Assembly (NCBI RefSeq): GCF_030144855.1
Contig: NC_082715.1
Location: 115,072,001 to 115,136,000, forward strand
Reading direction: 5' to 3'
From: Hypanus sabinus
Lineage: Eukaryota
DNA length: 64,000 nt
Part shown: in pieces, positions 1 through 12,440 of the stretch
Layout of the letters: each line of letters starts with the position of its first letter
Position numbering within the stretch: position 1 is the first letter of the stretch
Translations under genes and position numbers: made by a program
Notes under the pieces: model-generated
The model's database searches: none
The model's input: only the letters and a program-made list of their open reading frames with translations
What the model was told of the DNA's origin: nothing

Positions 1-234
1 ACCATCCTTCACCCCCAGATTCCACACTCTACCCCCCACCCTAACCTCCCTTCCCCTGAAAGAATAAAATAAGCAGCCACCGACTACTACCAGACAGGAA
101 GATTATACCAATTTAAGTTACACTTTCAAGATATTTTGGGGTGGTTGAAAGTTATAATTGTTTTAAACCAGGGAAAGTTAAATGGCAGCTCTCTCCTCAT
201 TCACTTCCCCCCCACCCCAACAACAAACAGGCGT

Positions 235-363
<129 letters not shown>

Positions 364-1657
364 CTAGAAGGGAAGAAGGAATCGTTTAGTACATATTCAT
401 CGAAACCACTAAATAGTCTTGTAATTGTCGGAAGCAGGAGCCAAGAATTTTATCTACCACTGACAAAATACTAATCCGTAACACCTAAATCTCTCAGTGA
501 GTGGGTTCCATTGGCCCACACTGTCTGCCCTTCCAATGAGCAATTAACTCTCCATTTCTCCTTACTTGAGAGCAGTTTTTTCCTTACTGCTATCAGACTC
601 TGAACTGATCACTTCTTTCACACTTCCTTCCTGGTGGTGCCGTCATGTTCTCAAACCCTTAACTCTGTATCTCTCAGTTCTGTTACTTTAGCATTTCTTT
701 TTTTCACTATTAAAGTTACCATTGTTCATGCTCATCATTTGCACATTACCATGTTCATGTGCAAGGAACCGCTACACCCTGCTGTAAAAGAAACTGCTTG
801 ACAAGCAAAGGACAGCTAAACTGGATGAGAGCAGAAACACCACCACCTTATGAAACCAAATGATTCAGGACCTCTAGTGGCCACGGCAATACGGAGAACT
901 CAATGTGGTTTGTCAATGTGATATGTTCTCGGTTATAACCTTGGTCAGAAGATAGCTCTTTTGACGTACAACTTTCCTTCACTACTGCCCTGGAGGAGCC
1001 CTCACATCTGATACACTGCCTCTGGCATTCTAAGGAAGGACAACCCAGACTTGCATGTCTGGACTGAGGCTTGAACTCACAACCTCGGTGTCAAACAAGA
1101 GGGCCCTTACTGGCCTTTGGATGGGAATAGTGTCAGACATACCATGTTTAAATACAAACCATCTTGACATACTTGCCTTTCTTAACCATGACCGTAAAAC
1201 CTTAAGATAAAGGAGCAGATTAAGGCCAATCATGACTAAAATTTTATATCCCACAACCCCATTTTCCCACTTTCTCCCTATAACCTTTAATTCCCTTACC
1301 AAACAAGGTCTAGCAATCTCTGCCTTAAATACACCTAATGACTTGGCCTCCACATCCCTGTGTTCCATCAAATCCCACAGCTACACCTTCTGTCTGATGA
1401 ATTCCTTCCAATCTCATTTTAAAGGATGTCCCTTTATTCTGAGGCTGTAGGTAGTAACCTTGGCTCACCCATTACCCAAACCATCTTCACTATATTCTCT
1501 CTCTCTCCAGGTAGGTTACTGTGAGATTGCTCCCACCCCCAATGCCCACCCTGAACTCCATTGAGTACAGAGCCAGAGACATCAACCTCCTCTGGACCCT
1601 CTCCAGGGCCAGCACATCCCTCCTTAGATACAAAGCCCAAGATTGCTCGCAATACTA

Positions 1658-1927
<270 letters not shown>

Positions 1928-3231
1928 TCATGCAACTTTTTGGCAAAAACTATTGAAGGAATTCAGTTACGAGCTCAATTATGAATTGATGGTAGATGGG
2001 CATAGTGCAGTGGCACAGCTAGGAAAGTACTACCTCATGGCTCCAATAACCCTGTTTCAATCCTGACCTCCAGCGCTGCCTACAGAGCTTGCAAGTTCCG
2101 TCTGACGTCGTGAGTTCTCCCAGTCCCCACACTCCTGTTCAAATTGGTGCACTAGAACATATAAATTTTTTTAAATGTTGAGGGAAAAGATATTTAGACT
2201 GTGGGCTAATACTGGCAAATGGGACTACCTTGGGCCAAAACTTGGTGCAGAATATAGAACAGTACAACATAGGAAAAGACTCTTTTGGCCGACAATGTCT
2301 GTGTCAAACCAAGATACCAAACTAATCTTACCTGCCTGCACCTGATCCATATCCTTAGATTCTCTGCCTGTCCAAATGCCTCTGAAATGTCACTATCCTG
2401 TCTTTTCCCTTGGCAGTATGTTCCAGGTACCTACTACTCTTAAAAATCCTTCCCCTCTCCCCTGAAGTTATGCCCTCTATTATTATTGACAGTTCTGCTT
2501 GGGATGGGAGAGAAAGGCTCTATTCTATCTATTGCCTCTCACTTTTATACATTTCCATTGGTTTGCCCATTTAGCCTCCACTGCTGCAGAGTTTGCCCAA
2601 TCTCTCCTCATAGCTGATAACCCTCTAATCAGGCAGCATTTTGGTGAACCTCTTCTGCACACACCTGGGCTAGTTTCTCTGCTGTGGAACTCTGACTCAA
2701 TACAAATCCTATAATGAAAAAATAGCTGGCACAAAAATATTGGAAATTTTACAGTACTTTCTACCCCCCTGCAGTTTAGATCTTAAAACCCAACCATGCT
2801 CTTCTCAGAACAAGATCCAGCAAGCAATACTATGCTTGTTAATATAAGCTTAATGCAGCTGGGGAAGCTTTCAGTCTCACCTGTCCCCATCTACTTCAGG
2901 TAGTTCAGCAACTCAAAGCACATTGCAATGAAGTCTGCTGGAAATGATAGTCGTAGAGTAATATGACTGAGTATCGCTTAAGCAGAAACAGGAGTAGATG
3001 ATCTGACCCTCAAGGATAGAGGTATGGAGACATAGTAAGTGGGACCAACTTAGATGGGGATTTTGTTTGGCATAGACAAGTTGGCCAAAGGGCCTGTTTT
3101 CATGCTATGACTGTGATGTTTCCTCCCTTCTGTCAGATACTTGTTCTTTGCCATTTGTACAATGCCGATGTTATTCTCTAGACACTGGGCAGGAAATGTT
3201 TTGATCACCCACTAAATAGTGAGCTCTCTCA

Positions 3232-3414
<183 letters not shown>

Positions 3415-5577
3415 TCAATCCTAGCAACTGAAGCACAAACAGAAATGAGTGAGACATTAGACAGCAGAGAGCACTGCAGGACTGGCACAAGGCAGCAGTG
3501 ATGTGAGCTCGAGGGCAACAGGGCTGATCCAACGTCTGCACTATCTTGTCCACATAGATCTCTCCCAAAATGTAACATTCCTGACAAGGCTGGACTTGAC
3601 TGCCCTTTCCCCAAACCAGTAGTCACAAATCCAGGCAATTTAAGTACTTGGCACTCAACCATCATCAAGACAAGAAACTTCAGATGCAGGAATAACAGTA
3701 CAGCACAAGAATAGGCCCTTCAATCCACGATCATGTGCCAAACTAATCTAATCCATTCTACCCACATAATGGCCATTCCCTCCTGTCTCTGCATATTCAT
3801 GTGCCTAATTAAAATAAACATCCCTATTGTATTTGCCTCCACCATTGCCCCTGGCAGTACATTCCACCCAACAGCCTCTGTATAACTCTGAATCGAGAGC
3901 AAAAGAGGAGCTACCTGTTTGGTTACGGGGAGCAGCGAGAGAGGGTCTCTCCTGCAGAGAGATGGGGGATCTTCTTCAAAGTGGGCACACATTGAAGGGA
4001 CTTTGCAGTGGAGTAATCAAATTGAGACAACTACTGACACTGGGGTAGGGAGCAACAAAATAGAGCTACTGGAGGGTCAGGCAGCTTGAATTGACAGTAG
4101 TAGGCCTCAACCAAATAAATTCACAGTCCCTATCTCTCCATTAGCACTCTGGTAGCCATCAAACTTTGTCTACAATAGTGTATAATAATTTATGGCAGAA
4201 TATTCACCATTAGCTGACGTAAGCCACAGTTAGATGAAGAAAGATTAGAGTGCCACCAATACTCCAAGCAATTGCCAACTGTTTTACCTGCAAGCTGAGA
4301 TGGGTATTGTTGTTAGCATGGATGAGTTAGGCTAAAATTTCCATGCTGTAGGGATAAGCAGCAACGAAGTACCCAGCCGAGTGGGTGGGTCATTCCCTAC
4401 CGGATCTTCCCCCTAACCAGGACACTTCGCATCAACGTTTTAATCCGTTCCCTTGACAACAGAGCCACAGGTGAAACTGATCTCCACTGATCCTCTTTCC
4501 ACACACGTTGGAGGCAACAATCAGGGAGAAACATACTGCGGAGCTGAGGAATTGGAGGTTTCTTCCAAAGGGCACCAATGGGCTCCAGGCTCTGGAGAGC
4601 TAGAGAGGGTACAGAAAAGATGATCAACTGTTATACACAAAGATTGAATGCGCTGAGAGTGAAGGAGAATGAGAGGTGGCCTTCTGGAGGTTTGTGGAGG
4701 GAGTAGGTTTAAGGCCAGAGAGAGAAGATTTAAAGGGGACGGACCCAGATGGTGTGCCTGTGTAGGATGAGCTGCCAGAGGAAGTGGTAGAGGACACAGT
4801 AACAACATTTTAAAGACACTTGGACAGGTACAATAAATGGAAAAGTTGAAAGGACACTTGAAAGATTTAGGGATACGGGCTAATGTAGCCAAATGGGATT
4901 AGCTCAGATGGGTAAATCCGTCAACATGGACAAGTTGGGCCAAAAGGCCTGCTTCCATGCTGCTTAGCTCATTCATCCACTGATGGGACAAGTTCAGTTC
5001 AAATCCATAAATGACTTCCCCAATTGGTTTTGATCCAAATTACTTGGCCTTCAGCCATCAAACACTGATCATGTGGTATGCTCAGAGCTAGTATGGCGGA
5101 TTGGTAGGTTTCCTGGGTTACTAGATGCTAATCCTTAATAACACATGCTTTTAATTCATTTTTAAAAATGTTACACAATAATACAGTATCCAGATCAGTG
5201 AACCTACGAATAGGAGAACCCAGCAAGTTTACAAAGCGTCCTCTTGCATGCCAAAGCTTCAGGATACCCAATCAGAGAGCGGGTTATCTGAGTTTTACTA
5301 CAGCTCGACTCAGTAATTGATTACCTCTCTCTCCACCATGACAGAAGTGAAGCTACTTGCATCTTTACAGCCATTACACAAACAGGCTGCTGTGATGAAG
5401 ACGGGGTGGGGGGGGGGGGTAGAATTCCTCAACTAGGAGCATCCATCTATTTCTTGCTGCTCCCCACACTGCGTTGGAAGTAGTACAAGCACAGGAACAG
5501 TCCACCACATCTACCGAATTAAACTAATCCCTTCCACTTACACAATGTCCCTATCTTTATATTTCCAGCAGATTCAC

Positions 5578-5965
5578 AGAAGCATAGAAAACATATAGCA
5601 CAATACAGGCCCTTCAGCCCACAAAGTTGTGCTAAACATGTCCCTAACTTAGATATTACGAGGCTTACCTATAGCCCTCTATTTTTCTAAGCTCCACGTA
5701 CGTATCCAAGTCTCTTAAAAGACCCTATCGTATCCGCCTCTACCATTGCCAGCAGCCCATTCCACAAACTCACCACTCTCTGAGTAAAAAACTTACCCCT
5801 GACACCTCCTCTGTACCCAGTCCCCAGCACCTTAAACTTGTGTCCTCTTGTAGCAGCCATTTCAGCCCCGGGAAAAAGCCTCTCATCATCTTGTACACCT
5901 CTCTCATCCTCCATTGCTCCAAGGAGAAAAGGCCAAGTTCATTCAACCTGTTCTCATAAGGCATT
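5578..5965 (-). mobile_element. CR1 LINE 3' fragment
   Basis: ORFs 5687 and 5770 contain TRGHKFKV...FFTQRVV and RLNELGLFSLE. Confidence 0.8.
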
Positions 5966-6489
5966 CATGTCCCTATTGGATTTGCCTTCACTACCACTCC
6001 TGGAAGCACATTCCAGGCACCCACCGTGTAAAAAAAAACTAACCTTGCTCTGCACATCTCCACTGAACTTACCCACCTCACAACTTAAATACATGTTCTC
6101 TACTCTTAAGACATTTCAACCCTAGCAACGCAGGGAAGCAAGAGTTTGCTGAGGGACAGAGGGGCACTGGGTGACGCAGTTTACAGAGATGATGAAAGAC
6201 TGTTGGGTGATGGGGGTGACCATCACAGAGTGTTCCTGAGTGACAGGTGACACACAGGCTACAGGGACATGATGGACGGTGTTGGGTGACAGAAGTGACA
6301 CTGATAGGAAGGGAGGGAAGGAACTGAAAAATGAAAGTACTTTAAAATGAGGATGTAAACCAGGAGACAAGACCTGCGAGCCTGGATCTCTCCCTCCTGA
6401 CCAAAAGCACTCTGTACAACTATTCCACTGTGATCTGCACCAGGGTTCATTACTGGGTTACCAGCTGTCCTTTTCAGCTGGTACAGCCA

Positions 6490-6740
6490 TCGTCTCATAG
6501 CACCGGAGACATGTTCAATTCTGACCTTGGGTGCAGGTCCCCGTGACCGTGTGGGTTTCTCACGAGTGCCCAGTTTCCCTCCCACATCTCAATCAGCAGG
6601 TAGGTTAACTGACTGTCATAATTGTTTGTGTGCAGACAAGTGGTTTCTTGCGAGGGGTGGGGAGAGAGCTGATGGGAATGTGGAAAGAATAGGATTGTTC
6701 TGAGCTAGCATTGACTTGATGGGGCCAATCCCCTCCTCCT
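6490..6740 (+). mobile_element. tRNA-derived V-SINE (HE1-like) fragment; others at ~2005-2130, ~12900-13030 (-) and ~30340-30660
   Basis: V-domain-like core ccccgtgaccgtgtgggtttctc...gtgcccagtttccctcccacatc. Confidence 0.6.
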
Positions 6741-7421
6741 ATATCATCAGAAAGCATTTCCTCTCATTTCTCAGCATTCGATTTCATCTCATCTATCTAC
6801 CACCTTTAACGTTTTCAAACATTCACCCAAGAGCTGTCTGAACAACTCAGCTCCCCAATTAATGGAAAAGGTGACCAAAGGCACAAGCTGTCAGGGACGT
6901 CCAGGTCTTGCGGTCTATCACCTGATGCCTGACATATAAATACAGAATCCAAGTGGCAACAGGAACAAATCAGTCCCAGTGCAAACTTAGTCACTGACCA
7001 AGAAGTAGAGTAGAGTTTCCCTGGCACAGTGTCAACATCATCTCCCTCAATGTCAGCAAAACAAAGGGACTGATTCTGACTTCAGGAAGAAGGGCAGAGT
7101 ACGTGCCTCCGGATGTATCCGTGGTGCTGAGGTACAGAGCTTCATGTTCCTAGGTGCAAACATCAGCAGCAGCCTGTCCTCACCCAACCACATTGACGCC
7201 AGGGCCAAAGAAGTGCATCAGTGCCTCTACTTCCTCAGAAGACAGGAAATTTGCACGTCTCTGTTGACTCTCATGAGGCCCTCTGTTGGTCAGGGCTGAA
7301 CAGTGACACTGCTTCCGATGTGATGCACAAGCCAGGGTAGTACCATCTGGAGAACAAGCTGTTAGCTATGCAGCAGGCTCCCCTCTCCACACACATCATC
7401 AATCCAAAGAATAGAGAGGCC

Positions 7422-8608
7422 GATTTGTGTGTGGAAGGTCATGTTTGACAAATCTTATTGAATTTTTTTGAAGAGGTTACTAGGAAAGTTGATGAGGGTA
7501 AAGCAGTGGATGTTATCTATATGGACTTCAGTAAAGCCTTTGACAAGGTTCCGCATGGAAGGTTAGTTAGGAAGGTTCAATCATTAGGTATTAATACTGA
7601 AGTAGTAAAATGGATTCAACAGTGGCTGGATGGGAGATGCCAGACAGTAGTGGTGGATGACTGTTTGTCAGGTTGGAGGCCGGTGACTAGTGGTGTGCCT
7701 CAGGGATCTGTACTAGTCCAATGTTGTTTGTCATATACATTAATGATCTAGAGGATGGGGTGGTAAATTGGATTAGTAAGTATGCAGATGATACTAAGAT
7801 AGGTGGCATTGTGGATAATGAAGTAGGTTTTCAAAGCTTGCCGAGAGATTTAGGACAGAAGAGTGGGCTGAAAGATGGCAGATGGAGTTTAATGCTGATA
7901 AGTGTGAGGTGTGACATTTTGGTAGGACTAATCAAAACAGGACACACATCGTAAATGGTAGGGCATTGAGGAATGCAGTAGACCAGAGTGATCTAGGAAT
8001 AATGGTGCATAGTTCCCTGAAGGTGGAATCTCATGTGGATAGGGTGGTGAAGAAAGGTGAGGCCAAATTTGTATTGTGTACAGTTCTGGTCACCAAATTA
8101 TAGGAAAGATGTCAACAAAATAGAGAGAGTACAGAGGAGATTTTCTAGAATGTTACCTGGGTTTCTGCACCTGCTACAGAGAAAAGTTGAACAAGTCAGG
8201 TTTTTATTCTCTGGAGCATAGAAGGTTGAGGGGGTACTTGATAGAGGTACTTAAAATTATGAGGGGCATAGATAGAGTTGACATGGATAGGCTTTTTCCA
8301 TTGAGAGTAGGGGAGACTCAAGCAAGAGGGCATGAGTTGAGAGTTAAGGGGCAAAAGTTTAAGGGTAACATGGGGGGAATTTCTTTACTCAGAAAGTGGT
8401 AGCTGTGTGGAACGAGCTTCTGGTAGAAGTGGTAGAGGCAGGTTTGGTATTGTCATTTAAAGTAAAATTGGATAGGTACATGGACAGGAAAGGAATGGAG
8501 GGTTGTGGGCTGAGTGCAGGTTGGTGCGACTAGGTGAGAGTAAGCGTTCGACATGGACTAGAAGGGCCGAGATGGCCTGTTTCTATGCTGTAATTGTTAT
8601 ATGGTTAT
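7422..8608 (+). mobile_element. CR1-clade LINE 3' fragment, same family as 24826-27574
   Basis: ORFs 7458, 7721 and 8187 (YMDFSKAFDKVPH, GVPQGSVL, YADD); nearly colinear with the longer copy. Confidence 0.92.
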
Positions 8609-11600
8609 GTGATACAGGGACATCGCAAGAGCTGCCAGTCAACGCAGGGCTGCTTTGGGACTCCAGCTCCTGAATTTTTGGGGGTTTACTCCCATGACTG
8701 GGTATATCTGCAAGGTAGCGTAGGTATGAGATCAGAGTTCTCCTTCTCCTGGGTGAGCTGCCGACCGTGGCTGACGTCCCAACTGCCCAAAGCAACTGAT
8801 TTTACAGTGCCAGTAACCTGCCATTGCCCCTTCTGTCAGTAGAAACAATTCTGCCAGGCTTAGTACTAAGCTACATGTGAAGGGCAAGAGCTGGACTTGG
8901 TTGTCAGAGGCCACTGGAGACGCACACCATTGGGAGCATTTAATAGGTGGTGGGAGTTTACTCCCGTTACCCCGGGAATGACAACCTTAAGGAACCCTCA
9001 CCGATTACCGTAGATGCACCACAGAAAGCATCCTAACGAGACATATCACGGCCTGGTATGGCAACCGGTCTGCCGAGAACAGAAGAAACTGCACATCACA
9101 GAAACCAGCCTCCCCTCCGTGGTCCCTGTCTTTCACTCCCTGCTGCCTCGGTAAAGCAACCAGCAGAATCAAAGACCCCTCCCACCACGGGCAGTCTTTC
9201 TTCTCCCCTCTCTGAATGGGCAGAAGATACAAAAATCCTGAAAGGACAGCTTTTATTCCACTGTTATAACTACCGAACAGTCCACCAGTATGATAAAATG
9301 AACTCCACCTACAATCTGGCATCGCACCTCGTTGTCTACCTGTAGCACACTTTCTCCGAATCTGTAATAATTCAGCATTGTTATTGCTTTTCTGAAAGGA
9401 TAGCATGCAAAACAAAGTTTTTCACTGTACCTGAGACATTAATAAGCCAATAATTAGGAGGGACTCAGTCGTGCTAACCAGATTAGCCATCTAAGCCAGC
9501 CCCATTTGCTTGTAACTTATTCTTTGTATGAGTTTCCCAATGCACTTTCAATTAGATCTTTTTGATGTCAGATAAATCTCCCAATAATTTTGACAAGTTA
9601 CAGCTGGAACTGGGACTGTGAGTTGCAGTGGAGAGTGTGAAGTATTAACCCTGAACGACTGGAGAGCACCAATTAGCAACAGCAACAAAAACTGCAGGCG
9701 GGAGGGGAGAGCATGAAAATAATGGATAAACTACAATGCTCAATTCACAAGCCTACACAGTTTAGCTTGGTCACACCACATGCAGAACGCTGCTGGAACT
9801 GGCCTCTTGCCAATCCCTCCTGATACAATTACATTTTGTATTGGTTTCATCATCCTCCAGTGTACCAAGATTAAGTGAAAAGCCTTTGTTTGCATGATCA
9901 ATCCAGACACATGTACACTGAAGTAGAGAAAAAGAAACAAAGTAATCCAGTTACAGAGAAAGTGCAGTGGAGGTAAGCGAAGTTCAAGGGTGCTGACTAG
10001 ACAGAATGAACAATCAAGACTGTACGAGAAGTCCATGTCAGAGTCCCAGGACAGACGCTGTCCTTGTTCCTGGTGGTAAGAACTCTCAGAGCTTTTGTCT
10101 TCGCTCGACAGGAGGAAGAAGCATGACCAGGGTGGGACAACAGAACATCATCTGTCCTTTGTCTTCCACAGATGTTCCTCCAACCAGCATATGCAGTCTC
10201 TGATATCAACAAAGGTTGACTCCTCCTGCCTCCTCCCCTGAATGAGATGCCATCCACGGCCAAATAGGCAATGGTAATGGTAAGTGTGTAAGTTGGCAGG
10301 TGTTGTCTCTAGGTATGTGGGCCAGGCCATTTCAAGAGGCCAGTCTGGCATATAGGGCATCACCCTCAGCTCAATACAAAGTTACCCAAGGGTGGTCTTC
10401 TCCCCCCCCCACCCATCCCTCCAGTGGTGACCACCACAGAATCTCGACAATCTTCACTTGACAGAATCTTCCCCTCCCCCTCCACTCAACAGTTGACACG
10501 TCAGCAAATTCACCATTGACAACAGGAAGGCAAGTAGTCAACACTACCAGCACAATGTATGAGATCCGATGTTATGGCAGAATTCCAATAATCCACTATT
10601 GGACAATCCAGAATTCCTGGTGGTTTACAATCAGGGAACATGTGCCATCGTCTCCCCAGGCTCAGCTCATGCACCCAGCACCCTTTAAACTTGTGTGGTT
10701 CACTGGGCAGTTATACCGCAGTGTAATCTTAACCTGCACAGTAGGTTGTGGATAAACATCCAATAATCTGAGAGATCTTCCAGTCTCAAAATCCCACGTG
10801 TGCTGGATTACCGGAGTTTTACTGCTGGGAGCATGTTGAAGAGGTCACAGTTTTAGAACTGAATCAGGTGACAACAGGTTAATGCAGAAATTAAGGTTCA
10901 AATATAAACTCTACCTGAGTGAGAAATTCTCTGATATTTTGAGAAAGTTTTCCCAATTTCTGTTTATTGGGTGAAAGACATCTCCATTAAGCCAAGAAGG
11001 CATTGAACCAACATAGTACATTTTGGGGAACGGCGCTGAACCAACTAAAATTTCGCCTCCCTGTTTAGAACTATTTACTATTTTTGTCCTTGAAACTTTT
11101 GGCAATTTTTCCAGTCCAACTCCCACGCAATCCGTTGCTGTTATTTGCAAATGAAAACACGGGCTAACACTGTCGGTTATCGATAGGTGCAGGAAGTGGA
11201 GGGGGCTGCCTGCATCGAATGTGAACTGCATTTTTTTTTTACCAATCATTGAAATAAATACGAAAAGAAACAACACCAAGTACAAGTAAATGTAACATTT
11301 TCTCGGCCTGGTGTGGAGATGAGTGCTCTGGGGAGCGAATAGCTTGTTTAAGCCGACACAGGCAGCCCAGTTTGAAACAGAAACTGATCCAACTCCCGCC
11401 TTATAATTTACATTCTTCAATAGTCTGGCAGATTGTTATAAAATGTAAAACGGATTAATTTAAACATTTTGTTCACTCATCCACCAAAAACAAACTTAAA
11501 AAGAACACCGTTGTGTTGAACGAGAACGCTGAGCTCCTGTTTAGCATAGAGGACACCCGTGGTTAAAATGGGCGATGCAACAAAGGAGAGAGAGAGCAAG

Positions 11601-12106
11601 CAAAGATGGTGAAGGTGACGAGGAAAACAAAGCGAAATTAAATATTCCTCTTTCGCCTCTCTGCTTTGCAACTAATTCTAAAAGTAAGCCGATATACCCT
11701 CAAGCAACACGTTTTCAACACCAATTACGGAAGTCCTTGTAAATTGACGAAACGAAATCGAAACACTTTTTGGGGTTGGAGTTGTAAACAATAATAAAAG
11801 AAAAGAGAAATAAACTAACAATAACATTAAGGGCGATTTAAATAGGGCGCAGAGCACAGAGAGGGGCTGCTACGTAGAGAGAAAGAAGGGAGAAGTGAGA
11901 AGAGACTGGAACGTTGAGCGAGGAACGCGCGGATTTTGTTACAATGTTGCTGGCACAAAATGGATACCTTAAAGTTTGTTAAAGCAGCGTTAGTCCTCAC
12001 AAAGAGCTGGTACAACGTAAATACGAGGAAACTGAGGAGTAAGACCGCACTGACATGCCTGTGAAAGTTGTCGTCTGACGAATTAATACAACACACTGAT
12101 ACTCAC

Positions 12107-12223
12107 CTAGTCTTCTTGCAGCCGCTCTTGGTTCCCCTCCGTCCGAAGCTCTTTTCGAGCAGGAATTCCTCTTTAGAGCAGATATTCCTCTGGCTGGAAA
12201 CACAATTGAAGAAAATGGCTGAC
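12107..12223 (-). other. H3F3A: H3.3 non-coding first exon (5' UTR)
   Basis: The - strand begins GTCAGCCATTTTCTTCAATTGTGTTTCCAGCC, closely resembling the human H3F3A mRNA 5' end as I recall it (GTCAGCCATCTTTCAATTGTGTTCGCAGCC). Ends in a strong donor CTAG|GTGAGT at 12107/12106 and sits in a CpG-rich island. Confidence 0.8.
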
Positions 12224-12440
12224 GAGGGCTTCCCAGAAGCTCCTGCGCCCGACCCTGCCTCCTCTCTCTGTGCACACACCCACCGATCGCGGTCCGAGCC
12301 CCGTGTGCCAGGGGACCGGGCCGGGCCGCCCCCTTCTCCCGCCGGGCCGTTCTGGCATTTCGCTGTTGATGGCTTCTGAAAAAGCTCCGTTTCATTTCAC
12401 CTCTCCCCGCCATCGCCGAGGACTGTTCCGTGTTTTAACG
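12210..12440 (-). promoter_or_regulatory. H3.3 CpG-island promoter with a YY1-type motif at the start site
   Basis: GC- and CpG-rich, with GC boxes (ccgccc) and AAAATGGC (YY1 consensus) at 12212-12219. Confidence 0.6.

Noticed and set aside
1-234. Replication-dependent histone stem-loop
   Set aside because: No GGCYCTTTTCAGRGCC-type hairpin follows the stop. The gene has introns and H3.3 residues, so it should be polyadenylated, with the signal probably outside the window.
4397-4627. N-terminally extended or CENP-A-like histone formed via this ORF
   Set aside because: Splicing to either exon 2 acceptor is out of frame with H3 or hits TAG, and the peptide has no histone similarity.
5403-5419. 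Poly-G tracts (also ~22456, ~50815, ~63883) as functional G-quadruplexes
   Set aside because: Simple homopolymers of uncertain assembled length, with no positional evidence of function.
10911-11420. 169-aa - strand ORF in H3.3 intron 1
   Set aside because: Non-ATG start, low-complexity composition and no recognisable domain.
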